A DNA stretch of 64,000 nt from positions 32,001 through 96,000 of IMG/VR virus record IMGVR_UViG_3300036783_000080; one strand, given 5' to 3'. Shown one piece after another: positions 38,294 through 46,789 of the stretch. Source of the stretch: a virus. Taxonomy: Duplodnaviria; Caudoviricetes. The notes under the pieces were generated by a model. It searched no databases. It was given only the letters and a program-made list of their open reading frames with translations, and was not told the DNA's origin. The stretch's first letter is position 1. Every line of letters starts with the position of its first letter. Both the position numbers and the translations under genes were made by a program.

Positions 38294-40598
38294 ATTGTTT
38301 TACCCAAGTTAACACTCCATCGTTGCCCATCTTCGCTTTCCAATAACTTCCATCGTCAGAACGCATTTGAATTCCTTTCGTTGCGTCCCCAAATATTAAG
38401 TCTCCAAACACCTTGTTATCGGATTCTGTATTCAAGAATGGCTTTGGATATCCGTCACCGATTGTACCAAATATACGGTTAACCCTTACGAGCGTATTGG
38501 CATTGTTAGTTCCCCATATAGTGAACTTTAGTTTGTATGTTGTAGTGGCTCTTGCTGCGATATGGAATGTGGAAGTCTTTAGGCTGGCTTGGTTTGTTAC
38601 AGATACATATGCGTTTGTAGGTGAGTTGATTACACGTTCAATCTTAATATTCGTTGGTGTTTCATCCCAACCAAACGCTACGCCTACAGATTCCATACTT
38701 GGAATGCCTGTTGTTCCAAAGTCTATCTCTATAACAATAGGAACGGCGGCTGTCGGATTAGTCCACCTACAGAATTGTTCTCTTCTTAATGAAAACATTC
38801 CCCATAGATTCCCAGCAGTCTTCACAGCACCCAAAGAAGTCACCTTATAGTGTTTATCTGCCAAATGTAAGATGTCATCTTGGTCTCCAGACATTGATTT
38901 ATCATTGGGAAGGATAGGTGTTATATTTACATTCGCAGCGGCAGTAGGAGAATAACTTGTGTAAGGCAAGTAAGCCTTTCCTCCATCCTTCGTGCTTGTC
39001 ATCATAACTCTTGATATCGTCACTTTCTTCGTTGTTTTGTTATATCCCCACATAGCAATACGTATCTTTGTACACTTATCTGACATGGAATATGGAGGTG
39101 ATACAGCGATAGCTTGAGATGTGTTACTCTTTGTCCAATGTACTTCAGTCCACTTCTTCGTGATGTCATCGTACATAGACATTGTATAGCCTTTCGGTTG
39201 TTCTCCCCATGGATTCATAACAGTCAAGAAAGCAGCGTAGAAACATGGGTCTGTAGAAAGGTCAATCTCTATTACAACAGGGTTCTCATACGTAGCGTTT
39301 GTCATATCGAATGTGACGCCACTCTCAGTATCGAATGAGAATATGTCAGAAAGTTGACCAGCTAGTATCTTGTGTGTAGATGTTTGAGCAACCGTGAATC
39401 CTCTTAAGTTACCATTAACCATCCAGTCATCTTGATTCCCAAGGAAGTTCGGAACATAAGGCAAAGAGATAGGCATGGCATTAATACGTTTATCAGCTAC
39501 ATAGTTGTTTGGACTAGGAAAGCCATTCATATATCCTTTATCAATCCATGACTCGGTCAGCTCCTGAGCCATAGCAGATTTAATCTCATTGAATTTCGCT
39601 GTAGCAGTAAACTCAAACGCCGCATTCTCTTCTTTCATCTTGTGTAAGTCCCAGAAGAATCCGTCAAAGCGATTCAAAGCAGACTCACAATAAATCATTC
39701 TCTTCGTGCCCACTTCTGCTTGTAGTTGTAATTGAGTAAAGATATTACCACCTACATCACGTGGGATAGCGTTGTCGCCTTCTAAATAGATTCCATACTC
39801 AAAGTTCATAATTGTTATCTCATGGAACATATTCGCATTCACCCAAGAAGGTCTGTTCATATCCTTGACAGATGGGTCAACCCTTAAATGGATTCCCTTT
39901 CCTATATTCGTCATTGTTATGTTATTACACTTAACGTTGTCTATATAGGAATCAAGCGTTTTCGCTTCCATAAAGATTCCTGTTCCTAACCATCCAGATG
40001 TCTTTTGAGCTCCCATAATGTTTATATTGTCCAGGGAATGGGATTGTTCGTAGAATTGAAACACGTCTACAGCATCGTAGTAAAACACCGCTTTCGACCA
40101 AGTAGGCATGTTTCTCAAGTCAACCGTTGCTCCATCAATAGCTGCTAAAGGTTTCATCTGGAATATGTTTACATTCGCAAGAGGTTTAACAATAGCATTA
40201 GGAGCAAAGACCATTCTCACTCCTTTAGGAACAACAATTGTTCTCGTTATACCATAGACTCCATCAGGGATGTAAACCACTTTTATTCTTGTTGTAGAGC
40301 TTGTGTAAAGTAATCTGTCAAACGCACTACTGTCATCTGTTCCGTTGGCTGAAGCAGAAAAGTCACGAATATTCAAACCTTTCTCACTCAAGCTTGTTGT
40401 TAACGCTCTCGGTGACGTGCCCAACTCTGTAATGTTACCGATGTTGATGGAAGCGTTAGAAACTTTCTCAATTAAGTCTGTTGGAACGTTCCCACCGCCG
40501 CTCGGCAGCTCTTTCTTCAGTAATTCGATGTCTATTTCTTTAGGAGTGATTATGAACTGTTTACCAAGACCAGGAATATATTTGCCTGCATTATCCAC
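38292..40598 (-). CDS. Pectate-lyase-3/parallel beta-helix protein (tailspike/depolymerase-like) with two C-terminal jelly-roll repeats
   Basis: LNIRDFSASANGTDDSSAFDRLL..VVYIPDGVY; internal duplication GNQDD../GDQDD..P.VIEID..W; likely GTG start at 40598. Confidence 0.75.
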   Translation of the reverse strand: MDNAGKYIPGLGKQFIITPKEIDIELLKKELPSGGGNVPTDLIEKVSNASINIGNITELGTSPRALTTSLSEKGLNIRDFSASANGTDDSSAFDRLLYTSSTTRIKVVYIPDGVYGITRTIVVPKGVRMVFAPNAIVKPLANVNIFQMKPLAAIDGATVDLRNMPTWSKAVFYYDAVDVFQFYEQSHSLDNINIMGAQKTSGWLGTGIFMEAKTLDSYIDNVKCNNITMTNIGKGIHLRVDPSVKDMNRPSWVNANMFHEITIMNFEYGIYLEGDNAIPRDVGGNIFTQLQLQAEVGTKRMIYCESALNRFDGFFWDLHKMKEENAAFEFTATAKFNEIKSAMAQELTESWIDKGYMNGFPSPNNYVADKRINAMPISLPYVPNFLGNQDDWMVNGNLRGFTVAQTSTHKILAGQLSDIFSFDTESGVTFDMTNATYENPVVIEIDLSTDPCFYAAFLTVMNPWGEQPKGYTMSMYDDITKKWTEVHWTKSNTSQAIAVSPPYSMSDKCTKIRIAMWGYNKTTKKVTISRVMMTSTKDGGKAYLPYTSYSPTAAANVNITPILPNDKSMSGDQDDILHLADKHYKVTSLGAVKTAGNLWGMFSLRREQFCRWTNPTAAVPIVIEIDFGTTGIPSMESVGVAFGWDETPTNIKIERVINSPTNAYVSVTNQASLKTSTFHIAARATTTYKLKFTIWGTNNANTLVRVNRIFGTIGDGYPKPFLNTESDNKVFGDLIFGDATKGIQMRSDDGSYWKAKMGNDGVLTWVKQ

Positions 40599-40693
40599 AT
40601 ATACCATCCCCTTTCTAATTACATAATAAAATATCGCAAATATGAGCGTTACCATATATGAGAAAATAATTTCAATTATTTCAGAATAAACAC

Positions 40694-40777
40694 TTGACTA
40701 CAAGTATAGACTATATTATGATTAACTTGTAAGATAGTTCTTACACACTAACCAAGTAGAAAAAGGAGCGGTTAAAT
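40694..40777 (+). promoter_or_regulatory. SigA promoter plus palindromic leader cassette (copy 4, inverted)
   Basis: TTGACT-17-TATGAT-TAAC-TTGTAAGATAGTTCTTACACACTAACCAAGTAGAAAAAGGAGCGGTT. Confidence 0.8.
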
Positions 40778-41122
40778 ATGAAAACAACGAAGGTAAATAT
40801 GATTGACACTTTAGCAGTAGCAACAACGGAAGGCAATTTGGTAATTGAAAGAGATGAAAAGCCAGGTCTTGAGCAGTACATTACGGTAAAGGCTGAAGGA
40901 ATTGAAGTTACATATTGGGAAGTAGAAAAGGTTGGTAGTAAGGATTTGAAACGTACATGGGCTACAATCAATGGTGTTAAGTTCCACACTGACCCATACA
41001 ATTGGTACTGGCAAAAAGGTGGAAGAGGCGGTTTCAAGAACAAGGAAATGATATTGGAAACCCTGAAAGTGGTTGATTCATTTATATACAATGAAGGTTA
41101 CTTCTTCGAAAAGAAATGGTAA
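40778..41122 (+). CDS. Hypothetical early protein
   Basis: Cassette RBS directly upstream. Confidence 0.75.
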   Translation: MKTTKVNMIDTLAVATTEGNLVIERDEKPGLEQYITVKAEGIEVTYWEVEKVGSKDLKRTWATINGVKFHTDPYNWYWQKGGRGGFKNKEMILETLKVVDSFIYNEGYFFEKKW

Positions 41123-41141
41123 TAACGCAAGTTTGGCTTGT

Positions 41142-41189
41142 GATATTGGTTGAGGGAGCTTGCCAAAGCTCCTCTGACAACTAAATATC
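41142..41189 (+). other. Long interrupted intergenic stem-loop (possible RNase III/processing site)
   Basis: GATATT-GGTTG..GGGAGCTT-GCCA-AAGCTCCT..CAACT-AATATC; no U-tail. Confidence 0.45.
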
Positions 41190-41248
41190 CATTAAAGAAC
41201 TAAAATGTCACTGAGAGGAAATCTCACACATATAGGAGGAAATGTATA

Positions 41249-41641
41249 ATGGCAAACGATTGGATGAAAGGTTTCAAAGTAACACTTATATTAGATGGAC
41301 AAACCGTATATCAAACAACGGTGCGTAGTAAGTCCAAACAAGCGGCTATTGTTAATGTGTTAACGAATAAGTACAAAGGCAAGTTTGACTCCATAGAAGC
41401 GAAGGAAGTTATTGACACGCAGAAGTACCTTAAGGAAGTAGCTAGTCAGGTTACCCAAGCGTTTGACCTTCTCAATATGGCTTCTATGACTATTGACTCG
41501 TTGGCCATTGAAGGAGCATTCACTACAGACCAAGCTAAACGTGTACAGTCTCTATTCCAACAGGATATCAACATACAGTATATCGCTTTGTTACGTAGCG
41601 AGCTTGTGGCGATTAGAAGAGAATTGGAGGAAAAGAAATGA
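41249..41641 (+). CDS. Hypothetical protein
   Basis: AGGAGG RBS. Confidence 0.75.
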   Translation: MANDWMKGFKVTLILDGQTVYQTTVRSKSKQAAIVNVLTNKYKGKFDSIEAKEVIDTQKYLKEVASQVTQAFDLLNMASMTIDSLAIEGAFTTDQAKRVQSLFQQDINIQYIALLRSELVAIRRELEEKK

Positions 41642-41976
41642 ATCATTATATGGAGAACGGCAAGGTTGTTATCTTTGAAAGTCAGTTGGACTATCATGAG
41701 GAAGAACCGGAATATGTACGCAAGAATCTAAATAAGCTATGTGATGGGAATTACGCTGTTGTAGAGGACGATGAAGAGGAAACAATCTATTACATTCCAG
41801 ATTTCCTTGATGTCCTAACAGGAGCAACGATTGTCCGCAATATGGAACGTACTAAGAAGTCAATGCACTATGCTATTGTATATGGAGATAATCCAGACTT
41901 TGATTGTTATGAAGGAACGCTTATTGCTGAGAATGATATGTATGTGTTAATTAACATCGATGATGAGGACTTTTAA
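41638..41976 (+). CDS. Acidic hypothetical protein
   Basis: ATGA coupling. Confidence 0.7.
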   Translation: MNHYMENGKVVIFESQLDYHEEEPEYVRKNLNKLCDGNYAVVEDDEEETIYYIPDFLDVLTGATIVRNMERTKKSMHYAIVYGDNPDFDCYEGTLIAENDMYVLINIDDEDF

Positions 41977-41977
41977 T

Positions 41978-42235
41978 ATGTTACATTATACATCAGGAAC
42001 TTATTTCAGAGTCAACCCAGCCGCTAATGGAGATACATGGTTCTATGAATACGATTCTGTACGTGTTACGATTAAGACTATGGATGGAGAGGTTACACAT
42101 ACAGGCATCATTACACATCTAGCAGCAAACAGGATGATACTACAGATTAAGTTCACACATTCAATGAACATCTACTTCAAAGAGATAGTATCCATAACAA
42201 AGATTGAAGACCATAAGGAGCTGAATATGAGATGA
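41978..42235 (+). CDS. Sm/LSm-like small beta protein (paralog family)
   Basis: VRVTIKTMDGEVTHTGIITHL..MIL..IYFKEIVSI. Confidence 0.55.
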   Translation: MLHYTSGTYFRVNPAANGDTWFYEYDSVRVTIKTMDGEVTHTGIITHLAANRMILQIKFTHSMNIYFKEIVSITKIEDHKELNMR

Positions 42236-42450
42236 GAGTTGAAACAGGAAGGTATATGAAGGTGGATGACACCTTCTTCTATGTTGAAGAATATGTCAAG
42301 GTTGTAATGAAGAACGGCAACAGCCATATTGGAACTATTGTAGAACTAGCGGACACTTATATCACTTTGGACGTTAAAGGTGTAAGCAGAGGTGTGACAA
42401 TGTTCATTGAGCGTATAGAACGTATTGACCATATTAGGAAGGTGAAGTGA
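42232..42450 (+). CDS. Sm/LSm-like small beta protein (paralog family)
   Basis: VKVVMKNGNSHIGTIVELADTYITL..MFIERIERI. Confidence 0.6.
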   Translation: MRVETGRYMKVDDTFFYVEEYVKVVMKNGNSHIGTIVELADTYITLDVKGVSRGVTMFIERIERIDHIRKVK

Positions 42451-42638
42451 TGGATAGCTTATACAAACCAGTAGTGCCTAAATGGGTTGCTAGAATCCTT
42501 CAAAAGAAGAAGATTAAAGACCCATGCGCAACTATGGGACAAACGAAAGAATGGGATGAATGGAAACGAAGGTATTCAAGGAAGTACAAATATGCTATGT
42601 TGAATGGATGGATTGTAGAAGAGGAAGGAGACCAGTGA
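42447..42638 (+). CDS. DUF1642-like protein
   Basis: KPVVPKWVA..AMLNGWIVE. Confidence 0.6.
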   Translation: MMDSLYKPVVPKWVARILQKKKIKDPCATMGQTKEWDEWKRRYSRKYKYAMLNGWIVEEEGDQ

Positions 42639-42639
42639 A

Positions 42640-42858
42640 ATGAGAGATGATATAACGGTTGGAAGGTTTCTATTGGTTGGTATTGGGAAGTTCTATGTGG
42701 ATGATAAAGTGAAGGTTGTAGATGTAATTGGTAGAAGTCATATTGGAAAGCTCTCACATATCTCTGATGAAAGCATACTCGTGACAGACGATGGATGGGG
42801 AATCTCTCTCAAGTATCGTAACATTAAACGAATAAACCATGTGAGGTTGGGAAGCTGA
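42640..42858 (+). CDS. Sm/LSm-like small beta protein (paralog family)
   Basis: VKVVDVIGRSHIGKLSHISDESILV..LKYRNIKRI. Confidence 0.6.
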   Translation: MRDDITVGRFLLVGIGKFYVDDKVKVVDVIGRSHIGKLSHISDESILVTDDGWGISLKYRNIKRINHVRLGS

Positions 42859-43109
42859 TGAAGAGGGTTTATACAGGAGCGGCGTTGGTACAATGGTTTC
42901 TTAGTGAAGACAGCGTATTGAGATTGTTGAAGCATAACAGTATAGGCGGCTACAGTGTCACTAATCTAACTGAGATAACTGACAGAAAGCTCTATACAGT
43001 AAGACACTATGACCATAGGTCTTGGGTTGTAGAGGAAGTGGAGTTAGTTACAACGGATTCTAAGGAAGAGTTGAACGATGAGTATGACGATGCGGACATA
43101 GAAGGCTGA
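42858..43109 (+). CDS. Hypothetical protein
   Basis: TGATG coupling. Confidence 0.65.
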   Translation: MKRVYTGAALVQWFLSEDSVLRLLKHNSIGGYSVTNLTEITDRKLYTVRHYDHRSWVVEEVELVTTDSKEELNDEYDDADIEG

Positions 43110-43130
43110 TATATTCAGCCTTTTTATTTT
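43102..43130 (+). terminator. Intrinsic terminator
   Basis: AGGCTGA-TATAT-TCAGCCT-TTTTATTTT. Confidence 0.75.
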
Positions 43131-43155
43131 GTTTGAATTATTTCATAATAAACAC

Positions 43156-43228
43156 TTGACTATTGGAACATACTATTATATGATTGTTCTTGTAAGCCAC
43201 TAATCAAGTAGGAAAAGGAGCGATTGGG
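43156..43228 (+). promoter_or_regulatory. SigA promoter plus leader
   Basis: TTGACT(ATTGG)-17-TATGAT, CTTGTAAG..CAAGTAGGAAAAGGAGCG. Confidence 0.75.
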
Positions 43229-43624
43229 ATGGAGCTAACTGGACATTCAATCTATATGTATTTACGATTAACTGGAAATGGTCAGACTTATGGCTATGTA
43301 AACGGTGCTGAGTTTGATATGAATGGAATAGATAAGGACTTTGTTGAAGCAGTCGATATGTGTATGTATTATGCTACTGCTGGTGTTCTAAACGATAGCG
43401 ATTGTATGTGGAATAAATACAGACAACCTATCGCAGACGGAAACGTGCCAGACTTTGACGAGTTCGTGAAGGATGCGGGTTTGAGGATAACTACAACGAA
43501 TAACCTTATCAGAGAGCTGAGAGGATATACGGTGGATGAGGTTATGATGGAATACCTTCGCAAGACAGTCTTCCCAAAGGCTTGTAAGACAATTCAAGAG
43601 TTTGGTTCAAGAGCACACTACTAA
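43229..43624 (+). CDS. Hypothetical early protein
   Basis: Cassette RBS upstream. Confidence 0.75.
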   Translation: MELTGHSIYMYLRLTGNGQTYGYVNGAEFDMNGIDKDFVEAVDMCMYYATAGVLNDSDCMWNKYRQPIADGNVPDFDEFVKDAGLRITTTNNLIRELRGYTVDEVMMEYLRKTVFPKACKTIQEFGSRAHY

Positions 43625-43640
43625 TAAGGAGCGATTAGAT

Positions 43641-43901
43641 ATGAAATTTGAAGTTGGTAAAACGTATGTTGCTGAAATGTTAATGGTAGAGCCTGAAGGT
43701 GGTATGAATCCCTTTACTGGAGAATATGGAGAACGCTTTGAGAAGTTGTCCATATTACAGCCAGGTGAAATAGATTTACAACATATGGAGCAAGGAGACT
43801 TACTGGTGAAGGTACATCGCACAGATGAAGTAATGTTCCTTGATTTGAATCAGTCAATCGAATATGGTGTTATAAAAGTATATGAGGAGGTAATCGCATA
43901 A
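43641..43901 (+). CDS. Hypothetical protein (MKFEVGK...)
   Basis: AAGGAGCG RBS. Confidence 0.7.
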   Translation: MKFEVGKTYVAEMLMVEPEGGMNPFTGEYGERFEKLSILQPGEIDLQHMEQGDLLVKVHRTDEVMFLDLNQSIEYGVIKVYEEVIA

Positions 43902-44104
43902 TGGATAACTTAAACTATTCTTTACTACAATTCCCTGGTGGAGCTATTCTGATTCTAACATACGCTGATGGAGAGGAATATATGAGAACATCTGATATGT
44001 ATTCCATCCGTAACTTTGTAAGAGCTACTGGTGTTACTACTCCAATAGGAACGGTTACACATAAACAGAACTCAGATTGGTATAAATTAGATACAGCTTG
44101 CTAA
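43901..44104 (+). CDS. Hypothetical protein, paralog of 23623..23823
   Basis: TAATG coupling; shared residue pattern. Confidence 0.7.
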   Translation: MDNLNYSLLQFPGGAILILTYADGEEYMRTSDMYSIRNFVRATGVTTPIGTVTHKQNSDWYKLDTAC

Positions 44105-44111
44105 TAAGCAT

Positions 44112-44149
44112 AAAAAGAGGAATGTGGATATACTCACATTCCTTTTCTT
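44112..44149. terminator. Bidirectional terminator ending the plus-strand block
   Basis: GGAATGTG-GATATACT-CACATTCC with A- and T-rich flanks. Confidence 0.75.
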
Positions 44150-44185
44150 ATTCTATACTTTTTACACCCTACACAGTATAACTAT

Positions 44186-44515
44186 TCATCGCATTGTATG
44201 TCCTTTCGGTATATCCTTGAGCTGTATGTCAATCTGTATATACTTAATCTCTCCTAATGGGCAAGTGATAGTCTGTTTGTCGGGAAGGTTGTCCCAATCT
44301 ATGTTCCTCATATTGTCAATGATTTCCTCTTGTATACGTATTTTCATAAGCTCTTCTGTGGTGAGCGGTTTAACATGTGGGCGTTCTTCCTCCACATAGG
44401 CATCTCCTCTTAATGTTATTTGTCCAGTCATAGCTTGTATAACAGACTCTGGTGTAATAGCATCCACTTTCTCCTTTAGCCGCTTCAAGTCCTCTTCACT
44501 CATACGTTCAACCAC
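44186..44515 (-). CDS. Hypothetical protein
   Basis: GAGGAGG RBS. Confidence 0.65.
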   Translation of the reverse strand: MVERMSEEDLKRLKEKVDAITPESVIQAMTGQITLRGDAYVEEERPHVKPLTTEELMKIRIQEEIIDNMRNIDWDNLPDKQTITCPLGEIKYIQIDIQLKDIPKGHTMR

Positions 44516-44637
44516 TTCAACAACCTCCTCATAATAGTAATAGGTCTAGTCACTAACCATATAACACCAGCCAAGCAGATTAACACTATCCACTTGGATT
44601 CCTCTTTCTTGCTTCCACTTCCACCGCTGAACAACAT
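44500..44637 (-). CDS. 45-aa single-TM microprotein
   Basis: MLFSGGSGSKKEESKWIVLICLAGVIWLV...; TAATG coupling. Confidence 0.55.
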   Translation of the reverse strand: MLFSGGSGSKKEESKWIVLICLAGVIWLVTRPITIMRRLLKWLNV

Positions 44638-44735
44638 TACAGATAACCTCCCATAATAATGTATACGATTATCCCAACACTGATACTAATACTCAATATG
44701 TTCAATATAGCTAACAACAATCCATACCTATCCAC
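44637..44735 (-). CDS. 32-aa single-TM microprotein
   Basis: AAGGAGG RBS, GTG start; MDRYGLLLAILNILSISISVGIIVYIIMGGYL. Confidence 0.55.
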   Translation of the reverse strand: MDRYGLLLAILNILSISISVGIIVYIIMGGYL

Positions 44736-44748
44736 ATAGCATACCTCC

Positions 44749-44997
44749 TTATATGTCGATTATGATTAACAATCCGCCGCTATTATCAGCAGTATACTTA
44801 TCCTTCTCAGGAAACAATACAGCTTGTTCCAATATCTCATCAACGAACTCTTCTGTGACAGTATACATCTGATGAGTGTTCAGTCCCATCTTAATTAACC
44901 CTTCAGCCTTCTTCTTTGATATGATACTCACACCATGTTGTATATAGGTTGAATCACATACTTCGCTAAACAAGATTGTATTAGGCTTGTTGCTCAT
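44749..44997 (-). CDS. Hypothetical protein
   Basis: GAGGAGG RBS. Confidence 0.65.
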   Translation of the reverse strand: MSNKPNTILFSEVCDSTYIQHGVSIISKKKAEGLIKMGLNTHQMYTVTEEFVDEILEQAVLFPEKDKYTADNSGGLLIIIDI

Positions 44998-45745
44998 TTA
45001 CATCGTCCTCCTCTTCATCTTCCACCATAGCGTCATATACATCTACCATACCCATAGACTCGTAATAGTCACGTGTGGCAGCTTCCATCTTCGTTAATAC
45101 TTCCTCATGTTTCTCTTCAGGGATATATTCCAACAAGATAGCCAACATAGCATTCTCTCGTGCAGCTTCTCTCAATCGGATTTCCTCAAGCCCATACATA
45201 GTCAATCCGTTATGGTTGCCGCCTGTTATCTCATTCTTCAGCTTAATAGCCTTCAATGCCATATCTGGTGAGATGACTTCCATCATCTGTAATGTTCCAT
45301 ATCCCTTATCAATGATAGCATCAATGATTTCAAGGTCGCTCTTTACTCTCTTAACGCCCATGTGCTGTTGTTTGCGTTCCTCTGTATCTTCCTTTGGGTC
45401 ATTCTTCTTCTTAGTGCGTTTGTTTGTACTGTCTTTCTTATGTGTCTGATTCTCCTCTATAACCTTATCAGCGTATGAGTCATCCTTTGTCCCTCTATGG
45501 GCTTTGCCTTTCTTCGTTCTCTTATCGGCAATGGCTTCCATCTTCACACCCTTCATGATGGCTTCTTTTCTACGTTTTGCATAACTGTAGACGGTAGGGA
45601 CACTTACTTTTAGACCATTCTCATTTATCCACTTATGAACTTTGTTGGGAGAATCACCATCATCCAACATTTTATCCACAAACACTCTTTTGTTCCATTC
45701 AGCTAATTGTTCCAGCTTTGATTTCCCTTGTGTACGTTTAACCAT
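44981..45745 (-). CDS. Herelleviridae-type conserved protein with N-terminal HTH (Mu gp27/DUF3486-like; candidate packaging/DNA-binding protein)
   Basis: KSKLEQL..VDKMLDDG..VHKWINENGLKVSVPTVYSY; IIDKG..ALKAIKLKNEITG..GLEEIRLRE..IPEEKHEEV. Confidence 0.6.
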   Translation of the reverse strand: MVKRTQGKSKLEQLAEWNKRVFVDKMLDDGDSPNKVHKWINENGLKVSVPTVYSYAKRRKEAIMKGVKMEAIADKRTKKGKAHRGTKDDSYADKVIEENQTHKKDSTNKRTKKKNDPKEDTEERKQQHMGVKRVKSDLEIIDAIIDKGYGTLQMMEVISPDMALKAIKLKNEITGGNHNGLTMYGLEEIRLREAARENAMLAILLEYIPEEKHEEVLTKMEAATRDYYESMGMVDVYDAMVEDEEEDDVNEQQA

Positions 45746-45789
45746 ATCAAATCACCTTCCCATATCTGTATCCATCTGTTAAATAATAT

Positions 45790-46020
45790 AGGATTTAAAG
45801 AATTAGACATTTAAACATACACATATTTTAAAGACTTTAAATCATAACATCCTGTACTATACAAGAAACACTGTAACCATAGAACCAGCTGTCCTTTTAA
45901 ACAGATACGTCCATAGTTACAGCGTTGTTTTAAACTATTATACATACGATATTTTACATCCACATACAAGACAGAGATTAGTTGTCTTTAATACATACAT
46001 ACGATTTTAAACATTTAAAG
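45790..46020. repeat. Intergenic cluster of eight TTTAAA palindromes and two ATACATACGAT repeats
   Basis: TTTAAA at ~45794, 45810, 45827, 45836, 45896, 45929, 46006, 46014; ATACATACGAT at 45940 and 45995. Confidence 0.7.
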
Positions 46021-46022
46021 GT

Positions 46023-46217
46023 TTACTTCTTCTTAAGGTATATCTTATATAGTACAAGCATAATAAATATGTTAGCAGACGTTCTCGCTACATTGAAGCA
46101 GGCAATTGAATCAATAGCAGCATTCGGTTTCCCTAGTATCATAGCAATACAGCCACATATGAATGAGAATACAGTTATGAATATAGCTCCATTAAATATA
46201 TACTTCATTGAGTCCAT
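46023..46217 (-). CDS. Small two-TM protein
   Basis: GAAAGGTGG RBS; hydrophobic hairpin. Confidence 0.6.
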   Translation of the reverse strand: MDSMKYIFNGAIFITVFSFICGCIAMILGKPNAAIDSIACFNVARTSANIFIMLVLYKIYLKKK

Positions 46218-46233
46218 CTTTGTTCACCACCTT

Positions 46234-46404
46234 TCATTCCCATCTCTTATATAACATAATACCTATAACAGTCAGACACCATACGATATCTAATAGCAGA
46301 TAGAATATACTTTCAACTATATGTCCAGATGTTAGGCTTGATACAGCTACAAGTAAGATTAATACCATAACAACTAACGCAGCCAAGCTCTCATTCTTCT
46401 TCAT
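46234..46404 (-). CDS. 56-aa two-TM microprotein missing from ORF track
   Basis: MKKNESLAALVVMVLILLVAVSSL..IFYLLLDIVWCLTVIGIML. Confidence 0.55.
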   Translation of the reverse strand: MKKNESLAALVVMVLILLVAVSSLTSGHIVESIFYLLLDIVWCLTVIGIMLYKRWE

Positions 46405-46410
46405 ATTGTA

Positions 46411-46572
46411 TCACTTCTTCCTTTCTCTCAACGTAGCTACAATGTCAGTCATGATAAATGATATAACAAATAGCAATACAGTTATCGTGAACAGGTAGTC
46501 TCCTTGTCCTGCTTTATATACTGCAACAATCCATAGGAATGCTACAATAACCATTAATATATTATTCTTCAC
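46411..46572 (-). CDS. 53-aa two-TM microprotein missing from ORF track
   Basis: AAAGGAG RBS, GTG start; MKNNILMVIVAFLWIVAV..YLFTITVLLFVISFIM. Confidence 0.55.
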   Translation of the reverse strand: MKNNILMVIVAFLWIVAVYKAGQGDYLFTITVLLFVISFIMTDIVATLRERKK

Positions 46573-46585
46573 AGTTGTTCTCCTT

Positions 46586-46789
46586 TCATCGTGTATACTT
46601 AGCCATTAACACTTCATACGTTATAGCCAAAGCACTCACTACTCCTAATAAGATACCAGCACTAAACCATCCAATTGCTTTCGTTAGTTCTTCCATAGTG
46701 TCCCCTAATAGAAAGTATGTTCCTACTCCAAAGAACATACCGATGATGAATAGCACTACAACATATTTAGTCATCCCTACGTTTCTCAT
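46586..46789 (-). CDS. Small two-TM protein
   Basis: Hydrophobic hairpin; TAATG coupling. Confidence 0.65.
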   Translation of the reverse strand: MRNVGMTKYVVVLFIIGMFFGVGTYFLLGDTMEELTKAIGWFSAGILLGVVSALAITYEVLMAKYTR

